DNA of 64,000 nucleotides, taken from positions 9,238,001-9,302,000 of the forward strand of contig CM102283.1 of assembly GCA_046563655.1 (NCBI GenBank), written 5' to 3'. This DNA comes from Yuukianura sp. NJ FZ-2021 (taxonomy: Eukaryota). Position numbers and translations under genes: made by a program. How positions within the stretch are numbered: the stretch's first letter is position 1; each line of letters opens with the position of its first letter. The notes under the pieces were generated by a model. The model saw only the letters and a program-made list of their open reading frames with translations, was not told where the DNA came from and ran no database searches. Of this stretch, positions 51,101-64,000 are shown piece after piece.

Positions 51101-54100
51101 TAGGAGTTACCTGCTCACTTTTTTTTCAAAATCGTTTCCGTTTTTTCGTTTTTTTAAAACTTGACGTGTGTCGGAAGTGTGTGGCTTTTCCGCTATAATG
51201 AATTGGTTCAAGGCGGGGCCCTTAAGATATTACTTCTTTGATCGATCGAGCCTTGACACTCCTCTTTTTAAATAAAAAAAAGTTTAAAAAAAAGTCTGAC
51301 AGAAATCTATCGCCTTTTACAATTTTTGTTTGGCTTGCCGCGGATGATATCAATTGAAAAGAAAGTATTAGAAACATTCAAATCTTAGGAAAGTTTTTCA
51401 AAATTTTGAAAAATTGGACAAATTTTTAGCCGTTAAAACCTAGTGTGTGCCCCGCCGTGACCTAGCGTGACCTTTGCGCACTCGCTCGACGTTTGTCTGC
51501 CTCTCCCTTCCTCATTGCCTCGTTCCAAAAAATTTAAGCAATTTAAAATATGGATTTTGAAACAACCCGGAGACACACAAAAAATATTGAAAGTGGGGAC
51601 CCTTAAGGGCTAACGGGTGGCAGTGGTTGCCGTGTGCCCTTACAAACACATCTGGTTTTTAGTATGTTTTTTGGTCTGATGACGGAATGATTTTTTTCCT
51701 GTACGGTGTGTGCCTATAAGCTTACTCAAGTCTTGTTTTCAATCCAACAAAGTACAGATGGATCAAGTTTTCAAGATTTTAAGGGTACCTATAAGGGTAC
51801 ATGCTGTACTTTTTTTCAAAAATGTCCCTTTTTAGTCACCATAATCGGAATGAATTTTTACTCAAAATAAAAATTCGTTCTAGTCTTCAGCACCTGCTGG
51901 GCAGGAGCTAAGGGCTCTCTCCCCTTGTGTTGACTGTTGGTGACATTCAAGCACGTTTTCAAAAAAAAACGAAAAACGAAAAAAAAGAAGTTTTTCAAAA
52001 AAACGAAGAAAAGCATCCGTACAAAAACATGTAAATACAAACTCAGAGTTATGCTGGAATAAGAATAACTTATTTCATTCTGACGAAACTTAAGAAAATC
52101 TCCAATTCTGAAATTTTCAAAAACTTTTTTTTTTCTAGTGGAAGCTTAACTGTTCTATTCCTAGCTTAAATTTTGGATGAATCATTTCTACTTTTTTCTG
52201 AAAATGAACTTTTTTTTTGAAAAAGAGGGAGATTTTTTGCGTTTTCTCATTTTTATGTTGATGAAAAAAAGTATTAGAAGCTTTATTCGCCCCCGCATTT
52301 CTGACAGTAATCGATGGGTTTGGTTTTTAGAAAAACGGGAAAAAACTGGAAGGAGGAAGAAAAATTTTATGGAAAAAACTATTGTGTTTTGATGAAAAAG
52401 TAAAAAGTTGAGGGCACAAGGGACAGGGGACCCTTGGCCACCCCCAAGGGACTCCTAGCCAAACTATTCTTTTGGACACGAAGAGTGATGTGACATTTGA
52501 TAGAGATTTATTGACAAGTTCATACAGTCTTCCGCTTTTTAAAAAAACTTTGAAAAAAAAAGTCGGTTTTTGAAAAAGTACCCCCTCCCCTTAGCCTTCT
52601 TCTACTCCCACTACTTCTCTAATAATTTCATCTTTAAAAAAACATCAATAGAGAGACTTTGTGGCCCTTCGCAGAAGGTTGGCCCTCAACTGTCGCAGTA
52701 AATCTTCAAGGTGTGTTCAGAACAACACTTTTTTCAAAAAGTTCAAAAAACTAAACTGTGCAGCGTCATCGCTTAAAAGTGTCACACAATGAATGGGCGA
52801 AGAAGTTTTTTCAAAATTTTGAATGGACATTTCTAAAAAATATTTCCAGCCTTTTAAAAATTACACTTCCGACTCAATGAAAACCGCCACTTCGAAAGGT
52901 GTGGTAAATTTTGATGATGAATGAGCCTTAACACCTCTACAGTCATTTCAAAATTTCCAAACTTTTTCAAAATTTTAAAAAGTACAACTAATTCGAAATT
53001 TCGAACTCCCGAAATCCTCAAGGGGTCAGAGCCCTTTGACCCTCCACGTTTTTGAGGTTTTTCAAAAAAGTATTTTGTTGTTTTTTAAGTTTCAAAAACG
53101 TAAGGACTCAAGGAAATAAGCCTCCCGTATTATGTTACGGAATGAGAGGAGCCCTTCAAGGGCCCCCTCGCCCTTTGTCAACTGCGGAATAATCACATAT
53201 TTTGTACTTGAACATAATAAAAAGTAAGTTGTTAGTATTCAAAGAAAGAATGACAGAAAAAAGAAGTTCAAATGGAAAATGATCCAATTCTTATACTTTA
53301 GGGAGCCCTTAGACCCACAGACCAAGGGTCCCCTGTCCCTTGATTAGTTTTTTCTTAAAGCTCACTCCTGACAGGCCCTAAAAAACCAAAAACCGCACAC
53401 TTTAACGATTATAGTAAGCAAAGGGACCAGGGGCCCTTAGGAAGATGCAATAAAGATGATCATCTTTCCAACCGTCTGCTTTTATCCTCCCAAAATCTAG
53501 TCATTCAGGTAGATCCAACCACAAGATACACCAGAAACGTTTTTTTGAAAAACAAATTTTTTTGAAAAACCAGAATTTTTTGAATTTCCGAGCTTTTTTC
53601 GCGGTAAAATTTAAAAATGTGAGAGGCCAAGGTGCAAACCATGTCCATTCATTTTATGATCTCCGAGACAGACAGATTGGAACTCCGTGTAGTTAAAATA
53701 TGTTTCGAACTAATTGCTTAGAAAACCGTCTGTTTTTGAACAAGCATCGTTGCGCAAGACCTTTAAACTGAAAAAACGAACTTTTTTGAAAAAAGTATTC
53801 TTTTTTGGTAATTTTGAGTTTATGGAATGAGGAACTTCTGAGGATGAATGGCAGTTGACCCATGTGGAGTCCAGAAGAGGGCCCTTAAGGGGTCAAAAGT
53901 ATGTGACCGGAAGTGTGACTAGGGGTTAAGTGTCAGACAAAATTCATCCCTCTCTTGCCAGTAACTAGGCCCATCAATAATGTTTTTCTACTTCAACTTT
54001 ACTTTTAAGTTTCACTTCCGAATTCTAAAATACTCTAAAAACATATTTTGAAAAAAAATTCTGAAAAACCGTTACATGTTTAAAAGAATTTCTGAAAAAC

Positions 54101-57100
54101 GGAAAAACTACCACTTAAATAGTAGGTTTTCCGTATGCTACCACATTTTCTATTTTAAAAATATTTACTAGAAAGACAAATCTTGAAATTAAAATTTTCC
54201 ATGAAAATGTTCAACAAAAAATTTTGGGGCATAGAGCAGTGTATTCAGCAAAAGTCATTGACCTTTTTTTAAAAACTATTTTTAAGTAATTTTTGTAGAA
54301 AAGTTCATTCGAGGTCATTCACAAAGTGACGAATGTGTCAACGGAATTTTCTAAAAATGACATTTTTTGAAAAAAGCTTTTGAATAACAGGATTTTTTGA
54401 AAAAGGATTGACAGGACGGGTCAACTTTTAAAACCTTTGGCTTTACGACGTTCTTTTTTTTCTATTTTCAAAAAATGACCTTAAAGGCTTATCTTTTATG
54501 CCGCTAGAAACTGTTTTCTAAAACCTTGTTTTTTCAAAAACTTTCACTGTTTTCAAAAAAGAAAACCTATTTTCAAAGCTAATGACTTCAAGCCTTTACA
54601 CTTAAAAAACCGTTTCAAAACTTCAATCCCTTTTGTATTAAAAAAGCACAGCTACTTAAAAAAGTACCAAAAACTGAAAACCCATTTTTCACTTTTTAGA
54701 ATTTACAACTCCGTTGACATTTTTTTTTCAGAAAAACTTCGTTTTTGTAAACACTAGGGACATTAGCATTTCTATTTTGAGGTCCACCAGTCCTTGTCCA
54801 CCCAAAATCATTATTTTTCTTTGAAAAATTTCAGAAACTGCAACTGTTCTTTTGTATTTTCGAAAAAAGAAGTTTTTCGAAACCATTTTTATCCTTGTCC
54901 CAAAAGGCTTAGAAAGAAGAATTTTTTCAAAAAAGTGCTTTTGTGAAAGAGTCAACTTGAAGTAGGTTGAGTAAGATCCAGGAAATTTAGGAGTTTGTTG
55001 GATTGTGGAGATGATCTCTGTCGGTTTTAGGAAATTCCGGAACTAAAACCCGGGTAGCCCCTTAAAACCCGGGTAGCCTCCAAAGACCAAAAGTCTAAAA
55101 GAACTATAAATTTCAAAGTCCCCTCTTTTCAAAAAATACTTCCGCAACAGTTTCCGTAAAGCCCTTCCCCAAAATTTCACTTTTGACATATTTTAAAGTT
55201 TCTACTCCAAGTTCAGCACGTGCTTCCGATATTTTTCTAAGAATTTTAACCAGCTCTAGTGTTTTTTCTTCAAAAAAGTAAAATTTTGTTTTGATTAGGT
55301 GTGAACCATGACCAGAAATTTTCACACTTTCGACAACAAACCAGGAAACACTTTTTTAAATTCAAGTTTTTAAAAACGGTGTTTTGAGATATGTTTATCT
55401 GAAAAATAGTTCAAAATTCAAACAAAGTTATTTTCAAAAAAAAAAATTTCTTCCAAAATTTTACAGTTGGAATTTAGCATATCTGTCGAAGTATCCCGTT
55501 AAGAAAGGGTTGAAAGGTCTTCACTTTACTTTTTTCCAAGCATTTCTTTAACAGCTTGAAACTTTCTGTTCTAAAGTCCAGTTTTGTTCAAACAAGCTTA
55601 TGGGCAGTGGGGAGGAAATTTTTTTGAAAAAGGCTCCAGACTTAGAAAACCATATTTTGAAAAAGGGCAAAAACCCCTTTTTAGTTTGAAAAAAGAACAA
55701 AAGGAGAGTGGACCAGAAACGGACAGTATCTTTAGCACTTTCATTCCCAGTCTAACGGTGCTCAGACGTTGAGGCAGGTCCTGCAGTTGTTCAAAATTTT
55801 TAGAACAGTTTTTAGAAAAAGTGGAACAGTTGCTCAAAATTTGTTCAACTAAACGCTAGTTTTTGTACAACTTTCAGCAAAGTCATCGCTTTTCAACCGA
55901 ATTTCAGCGCCAAGTAAGAAAACTTTTCCAAAATTCTTTTTCATGACACTTGCTGACTTTCCGATCAGCGCCTGTTTAAGTATTGAAAACCGTTCGAAAT
56001 TTTCAAAAAGTCTTTTCTAAACAAAACCCACGTTTAAAGATAGTTCAAAAATGTAAAACACTGCTCACAACGCCTCGAGTTAGAAAAAGTTAGAAAACGA
56101 CTGACTGACAGAAGCTGCTAAAGTCATCAAGACCTTTTTAAAATCTGTTTTTAGAAGTTCCTAATTTGTTTAAAAAACAAAGAAAACGAGTCAAAAATTG
56201 AAATTTTTGCAAAACTTCACTTTTTTTTAAATTTTCAAAAAACTAAGAAAGTGAAACCTGAGTTGGAGCATATGTCAAAGATCATTAGAACAAAGGGGCC
56301 TTAAAAAGTGATCATGGGTACTTTGCCTTCTAATTTGAGCCCTTATGGGGTCATTCAAAGTGTTCCAAGGGACCATTTCCTTGAAATTCAATCCAAGTCA
56401 TAATAAGGAACACGGGAAGAACTTTTTCTAAAAATTTAGAACGAGAGTTAAGGGCCCCCTTCTTCCTCTGGAGTAACAAGTCCCTTTGTGTAAAAAATCT
56501 GGACAGATTTCCTTTCAAAAATAAGTTGAAATCTAAGATTTCCTAAGATTTAAAAAAAGAAGTCAACTAATGCGAACCTCACGAACAACCACCACAGTTT
56601 GTGACTTTTTCAAAAAAGTCAAAGACTTTTTTTGAAGTCCTGCACAGTAAAAACACAAAGGTCAAAGAAATTGGGTCTGAAAAAGAGGCAGGGTCAATTC
56701 AAAATGAAGGTTTCTGGGCGTAAAAAATAGAAATATTTCATTTTCAAAAGTCCAGCTGCTGGTCCTTCCGTGTTTTCAAAAAAATGTTGGTTAGTGCGCG
56801 GTCAAATTCAAAAAAACCATTTGGTGGCCACATTTTAAAACTCAAATTTAACCAAAAAAGTGAAATTGACATTATTAGAACCAGGAAAAGGAACAAGGAG
56901 GGCCCTTAAGGACTTTAAATCATTTGGACACACGGTGCTTCCTCTTCCTTAACTTTACACACCTTGCTCAAAAAGTTTTTTTAACATTTCAAATTTTCAA
57001 AAACAAACTTTTTTGTAAATGACTTCCTTCGCGGGGTCAGGTCACGTGAGGTCAGTTTCAACATTATGTCAACTAGGTGACACACTTTAAGGGCCCCTTT

Positions 57101-59857
57101 AAGTCATCTTTATCACTGACAAATCATGTGTCAAAAACATCAAGATTTTGAACTCAGCAAAACTGAACTTTTCCCAACGTAAAAAAAACTTTTAAAAAAT
57201 TAAACTTTTTTTCATAAAATGCTATGAATCTAAGTCGTTCAAAAATTTTGATTTGACGTAGCCTCAATTTGTTTGAAGAAATTAAAGTTCAAAACGCGTT
57301 CCAGATAGGTTCGTGAACCGAAGGCAGAAAAAAGTGTTTTAAGTTTTGAATTTCGGAGCTGCTAATTGGTTCTAACCTCCAAGTTGATTGACATGAAAAA
57401 CAAAAAAGAAGATTTTTAGAGATGATGAGATATCAGGGCCGTTATCACACCCACAATATTGACGGCCCTGAAACCGTCAATGAAGTTAGCTTTTAACATT
57501 CAAAGCGCAGACGTGCGTATTTTTGAATGCCCAGAATATGGCGTCCACGCGTGCCATGATGACAGGAGAGAAAGTCTGTTCTCAATCCTCTTTTTTTGGA
57601 AAGACTAAAAATACGGGAGTTTTACCCGGGTGACTAATACCCGCTTTTTCTCTCCCTCCTTCCTTGTTCCTAGTTTTTTTTTACACTTTCCTAACGTTAC
57701 TGGAGGGCTTGATACTCTATTGACACGAACATGATCTTCCTGGAAGAACAAAAAACTAACCTAACGTACAGTAAAGTAGAGGGGAAAGGGTTCATTGTTT
57801 TTAATGGAACTTCACCCTATGGGCCTAACCTCAACGATTCCATGACACTCAGGAACGGAAACTTGCGTACGGTATGTTATGGATGGTCATGCACATACAG
57901 AACTTAATAACAAATACAGCTAATTTCCGAAAGTCACTGTCTTTTAACAATGTCGGTCCACAAGTTTCCGTTCAAAAGTGTTTCGTTACGGCCCTGAATT
58001 TCACCCTTTACTTTACTCTTTCATTATTCTAGGCGGATGACAAAGATGGCGGCGGGAAAAAGCTTAGGATTTCATTATTACTTTTTTCATTTCCTGGGAA
58101 AGGATTCCGATTTCTCCGATTCAGGCGATGAGTCATGCCCCCAAAAAAAAATTTTTTTTTGTCCACAGTGGACCGACGTTCTGTCGATCTCCGCCTCCAA
58201 CTTTTCCGCAAATAATGTGACAAGGGGATTTTGAACGCTTTTAAAATACATAATAAAATATAATAAAAATGTATAATAAAATATATAAATATCCGTTGGA
58301 CGTCATGCCCAGTCGCTTGACCCTTCCGCTCTAGCTCCCACTCTCTCCGTCCATTATCAATTTTACTTTGTGATTTATGAAATTGACATTGGACAGAGTA
58401 CACATTTGTTAAAGTTCTAAAAGTTTTTCAAAACGGACACACGACATGTCCCTTGCTTTTAGCCCCATTTCAAAAACACTAATAAAATGGGAGAAAACTA
58501 AAATTAAATGTTATTGTGGAGGGTTAGATTTTTTGGAAAAAGCCACTTATTTGCGTGGTGTAAGCCGTTTGAACAGGATTTAGAAAAAGTTGACCAGTGG
58601 TCATCCCCTCCCGTCCCTTCAAAAAGTGACGTACCCTTTTTACGTTATTTATTGTTATTGTTCTACATTGAATTCAATAACACAAGGACACTCCATTTTA
58701 CAATCTACACAGATGAAGGACACTTCCAAACCAGACTTTAACTTAATCTAACATCTATTTTTGAAATTTGGCCTTTCGTTTTTCCAAATTTTAGGATCAT
58801 TTCAACTATGGTTTTAGTTTTTGGAAACTGTTTCTGTCCATTACAGAAAAAAATTCAATTGTCCAGGGGAAGCGAACCGGCGTCTAATTTTTAACACCTA
58901 AAACCAGATACGTTTTTGCACCACATGCATGATTCACTTTTCCCCAAAAACTTCATCCAATTATGGTCACTTACGGATTCGCATTTTTCAAATTTCGAAA
59001 TCCAAAGCATTTGGACAATAAAACTTTCAAAATCTTTATGATTTAATTGAAAAAGAAATTTTGATTTGTGCAACTGGAGGGGAAGTTCGAATAAAAATCA
59101 ATACAGAATCCCCACATGAAAACTGAAAAATTTCATTTCCCAGAAAACGGCACTTTTAAGTCTTTTTCGGATCTTTTCAAAAACTGACCATTTTTTGTCA
59201 TGTCCAGAAAACAATGAAAAAGATCGACCCTAGGGTCACCGTAAACCAAAGAGAAAAAAAGTTAACTGTTTCATTTCTTTTGAACCATCCAAAATGCAAT
59301 TTCGGATTCTATTCTTCCTCTTTTTTCAAAAAAGAAGTTCCTCTGTCTGTCCAATTCCTTCCGGATTTTTTCTTTTGACCTTTGGCTGTTAATCACTGGG
59401 GTCGGCCTAAGGGTCCCTTGGGGTCAATTTATGTTTTAAGGGCCCCCCTCACCTTTTGGTCTCTTTACAAGATTAGTAGGGTGGAGAATAATAATTATTG
59501 GTCAGTGCTCAGGGTGACAATGGACAGAGGGCCAAGGGTCACCCCAACTCACTTTCATCCAAAAATCAGTTTAATTTTAACGGGCTCCATTTGGCTTTTC
59601 TCTTGGCGTTGAGAAATTGATGTCCTGTCGATCTGACCCCTCCTGACCGTACCAAATCAAAAAACGAAAAAAAGTCTTTTTTGAAAAACACATTTTCCAT
59701 ATTTCAGAAATTTTTTGTGTCCGGTTTTCACAAATTTTAAAATGCAACTAACCCTGGGAAAAACTTCCGTTTTTTTTTCTGCGGAACTGAAATTTAATTT
59801 CTTCCTACTTTTTTCTCCGGAACTAAAATTTGATTTTTTTCTTTTAATTTTTTTCAG
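42166..59857. promoter_or_regulatory. ~17.7 kb gene-free region upstream of hunchback (GLS 3'UTR plus probable hb promoters, 5'UTR introns and enhancers)
   Basis: No credible ORF. It is far longer than the <1 kb spacers between the housekeeping genes, and a splice acceptor at 59857 precedes the hb ATG. Confidence 0.6.
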
Positions 59858-59939
59858 AGTGGACCAACTGACCTTTTGAACAGAAAAACGTCATTTTAAA
59901 TTTCAAAAAAAAAGTTTCCCGCACTTTTTTTTTTTGAAA

Positions 59940-62277
59940 ATGATGCTCACCCAAAGTGGTCGTTCCGCCTCAACACTTCATGACAACCAAGAACTGCACC
60001 CCACTGACCTCTCACCCCGGAGCTCAGTCAGTTCAGTTCAAAGTGACAGCCAAACCAGTTCTCCATCACCAGGCTCATCCAAGGGCAGCACAAATATACT
60101 TGATACTGCCAGCACAAATATGCTGGGTACTGCCAGCACAAATATGCTGGGCACTCAACTCCTCCAAGCACTCAACGGCCACCACACAGCCACTCAGCAT
60201 CACTTTCCAGTCAACGACCTCTCGCCTCTCCAACGCCTCCAATTTGCCTTCGAACGGACCTCCATCCTCTCAAATCTCTTTCCTGCCAAGGAACATGAGC
60301 CCTTAAGTCCCCCTCAGAGGTCAAGTCCTAATCTAAGGTCACCTAACACGCAGGATGACATGGAAGAAGAAGTTACCCGGGTAACGCCTCCGGGCAGTCC
60401 GAATTCGGATCCAGCCAACATTTTCCAATGTCCCCTCTGCTCTTTGGTGTGTAATGGGCGTCATTCCTTTAATGAGCACTTGGTAAGGGAAGGAATTTTT
60501 AATTTAGCTAATGGAATAGTGCGTGGGAGTAAATAAAATTAAAAATTAAATAATATAATTAAATTAATTCTAATTATATTAATGTTGATTCAATTGTTTC
60601 TAGGTGACTCATACACAGCAACATGCTTGTCCAAAGTGTGACTACTTGACTACAAGTGAAGAAAAATTGCGCGATCATTTGATTCAGGAACACGATTTGA
60701 CTGACCCTGCGCAAGCCATGGACGAAGAGGACGCTTCCGTCCCAAAACTAAATGCTCAGGGAAAGGTACCAAAAATTTGAAATTTTCAAAATTTGAAATG
60801 GTAAAACTTAGAAATTTTGACCAAATTTTGAACTTTAAACTTGGTTTAGGTGAAAACTTTCAAGTGCAAGCAGTGTGACCACCGCTCAATGACGAAATCC
60901 GAATCCTGGACGCACTCGGCCACTCACATCCGTCCAGAGAAGATGCTCAAATGTCCAAAGTGCCAATTCGTGACAGAGTACAAGCATCACTTGGAGTATC
61001 ATCTCCGAATCCACGTTGGATCCAAACCATATCAGTGCAGTGTGTGTTCCTACACATGCGTCAACAAGTCCATGCTCAACTCACACTTGAAGAGTCACTC
61101 GGCAGTGTACCAGTACAACTGCTTAGACTGCGACTACCAAACCAAGTACTGCCACTCACTCAAAATGCATCTGCGCAAACTCAACCATCGCCCCTCAATG
61201 GTCTTGAATCCCGATGGAACGCCAAATCCATTGCCAATTATTGACGTCTATGGAACCAGAAGAGGCCCCAAGATGAAGAAACCTCAACCAATTGTCACTT
61301 TGGCGCCAAAAAGTCAGTCAAAAGTTGGATTTGTTCCAAGTCCAGCCAATAGTAGTCAGAGTAACCATAGTTACTCGTCACATGATTCCATGGATAATGG
61401 TCACATGACGTCAACCGTCAAATATGACGTCACTCCCGCCGTCAAATTTGATCACGTGACTCCAACTGTCAAATTGCCCCAACGAGAACTCCCGCCAATT
61501 TCAAAATCGAAGAAACGAAAACCAAAAAATGTCGTCAATGCTATGCCGTCACCACAGCAATTCCAGCGACCAGAGTCACATGACTCGGCAGAAAACGACC
61601 AATCAGGTTACAGGGATTTTCATGGCGGCAAATTTGAAGTCAAAACTGAAAATTTTGGAAAAACTGAAAATTTTGTCAAAACTGGACCAATTGAACTGAC
61701 TAAAAATCCGTTAGAGATGTACGCAGTCGCACTCAACCAATACTTGCTGTCAAATCCACTCCTTTTTGCTTCTGGTGGACCAGAACACTTCGTACGCATG
61801 GCAAAAGAACAAGAAAAAATGGCCCAAATGATTCAAAATTCAAACAGCATTGGAATTCCGCAGCGTCCGGACTTCGCTCAACACAAAATGCTTGAGCAGC
61901 ACATTTTCCCAAATCCTGAGCCAAATGCAGATCAAATGGCACTTGATCTGCGTCATCCCAAAGTTGACGCAGAACGACGCCGACGCAAAGGCAAAGCACA
62001 TCGGTACGAACGTCAAGTTTTTGAAGACGACGCAGACTCAGATGGAGAAATGGCTTTGGATTTTAGCAATAACAACAACACTTACAAACAGCAAGGGCAG
62101 AAACAGCTTTTGTGCAAATTCTGTGAAATTGCATTTCCGGATCAAATTTTATACCAAATGCATATGAGTTACCATTCACAGGAATCGGATCCTTTTGTTT
62201 GCAAAAAATGTGGAAAACGAACACAAGACAAAATTTCATTTTGTCTTCATCTCAACACAGATTCTCACTCAAACTAA
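59940..62277 (+). CDS. hb: Hunchback C2H2 zinc-finger gap/temporal transcription factor (2+4+2 fingers)
   Basis: Exons 59940-60482, 60604-60765 and 60850-62277. Motifs: [66 protein letters not shown]-box [24 protein letters not shown], basic box RRRKGKA, and C-terminal [16 protein letters not shown] / CKKCG fingers. Confidence 0.97.
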
Positions 62278-62840
62278 CTTTTTAAATGATTTTTAAGGTC
62301 CTAAATTGCACATAACGTCAAAATGCGGGTAAAAACGATTTTAAAAAATATAATTTCTAGTCTAAAAAATAGTAAAACATAAGTTGTCATTTGTGGCACA
62401 CAAAAAAATGACAAGCGGAGAATATTTTTCAACTCTTTCATTTAGAAACACAAACTAAATTTTTGTGCTATTTTTTGTCAAAAATGGAAATGGATTACGG
62501 GTAAATTATATTTTGAAATCCATACGGGGAAGAAACAACTAAAAAAGCAATTGTGTACAAAACTAAATTTTGAAAAAACTAAATTTTCTTAATGGATTTT
62601 AGATTCTGCAGTAGTTTAAAAATATAAGCTTAGTTAACATTGTTACAAAAAGTAGCAAAGTGGTCATTACGGGTATAACTGACTGTATTATACTTTAGTT
62701 GATAGGAATATTTTAGTTCCTTTCTAAAAATAATTTTGATGTAGATTTTCAAAATTATCAACTGTACAACAAACTACCTCAAAAATACAAATTTGCAAAA
62801 AAATTGCACAACAAGATTAAGAAGATACATAACTAAAATG

Positions 62841-62848
62841 TGTATATA
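62841..62848 (+). promoter_or_regulatory. Pumilio response element (TGTATATA) in the putative hb 3'UTR
   Basis: Exact UGUAHAUA match 564 nt after the stop, with near-matches TGTACAAA at 62554, 62926 and 62958. Confidence 0.5.
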
Positions 62849-64000
62849 TTTTTTGTAAGAAAAAAATAGTTTTTAGTACACGCTGTCTAAACCCAGCACC
62901 AGCACTGCAAAAAGTTCCTATTTTTTGTACAAAGAAAAACTGTAAAAATAATATTCTTGTACAAATTTTTATAAATTTTAGTTGAATTCACTTGACTCAA
63001 TACTTTTAAAAAATTTCTTATTGTTTGCTAAATTAGCAATTTTGGATGCTCCAAAATGGCCAAAAGCCAATCAGACCAACCTAATTTTTGCAACAAAACT
63101 CACTTTTTTTCGTTTTATGAAATCCTAGTCTGCCTAATCATTTTCTCCTGTAGCATTAACTAAATTCAGTTGCAGTAGTTACGTAATGTTAGTTAATTTA
63201 CCCACCATAATTTTAGTTAATTACTGACCTTTTAAGTTAAAATCCACCCCATACTAATTTCCTTCTGAAATAAATTAAAAAGTGAAGAAACTCGGTCATT
63301 TCTTGCCTAATTTTTAAATTTGAAGTCAAAAACGCTAATTTTTGTGATTCTTTCATTTAAATTCATTGATTAACCTTAGTTATATTGCACGACTGAGTTA
63401 GTTACGTTATAAATTGAGGTCATGACCATGTCACGACCATGTCAATTGGTAGGATGACATGAGAATGGATGATGAGGAAGCGACTGTAGCAGTGCGTGAC
63501 TGCAGTGGTGTCATTAAGGCCATCAGTAGGTCGGGCAGGCGCTAATTACAAACTTCACTTTTTAGTACAAAGAAAAGGAGGAGATGTTTGTCAAATTGCT
63601 TCTGCTTTTAAGCACAAACAAATTAAACTGTGATGCAATACTGCAGTTTTACAGATTCAATCTTAAGAGCAAAAGAAAACCTCGGAAGTTGATGAAGGAA
63701 CAATCGGTTTGCACACAGACTCATTTTTTTTACGTCTTCTGTCATCATGACAGATCCACAAACTTTTTGAATTTGTATAGAAATTGTTATTTGGATTGTT
63801 GCACAAGTAGGTCTCTTCCTCACCTCCAAAAATAAAAACAACTTCAACTAAATTTTACAGTTGTCATTTTTAGTACTAACTAATTCCCAAAATAAAAATC
63901 ACGCAAACTCTTAAAAAAACACGAAACGAAAACATCATCCGAAAAGAAAACATTGACCCACATGCTCTCTTGTAAAAAAATCCACGTTTTGAAACGCTCA

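Noticed and set aside
45100-59612. ORFs of 60-124 aa in the hb upstream region, and A/T tracts as Hunchback autoregulatory sites
   Set aside because: The ORFs are poly-A/T-derived F/K-rich noise. A-tract matches are expected by chance at this composition.

Overview
Eukaryotic genomic DNA from a compact, AT-rich animal genome with mostly 55-100 nt GT-AG introns. It is most likely a non-holometabolous arthropod, inferred from an 8-finger Hunchback. Genes in order: ADRM1/Rpn13 (-, runs off the left edge), schnurri (+), an orphan CCCH zinc-finger gene (-), IFT20 (+), AIG1/ADTRP (-), a CYP3-clan P450 (+), MCM3 (+), two convergent intron-containing tRNA-Pro genes, MTERF3 (-), a folliculin longin-domain-only ORF (-), glutaminase (+), about 17.7 kb of non-coding DNA, and hunchback (+). 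Most notable observations: (1) the folliculin ORF overlaps the MTERF3 start codon on the same strand, with no room for an intergenic promoter; (2) AIG1/ADTRP has two duplicated, mutually exclusive exons that each carry the catalytic His; (3) the tRNA-Pro pair arose by inverted duplication and its introns co-vary with the anticodon wobble base; (4) the P450 lacks the I-helix acid-Thr pair; (5) glutaminase has two alternative N-termini, one mitochondrial-like and one not; (6) a palindromic AAGGG(C/T)CCCTT / CCCTTAAGGG motif clusters upstream of the two developmental transcription-factor genes. All gene models were spliced by hand, family calls come from remembered motifs, and no database search was run.
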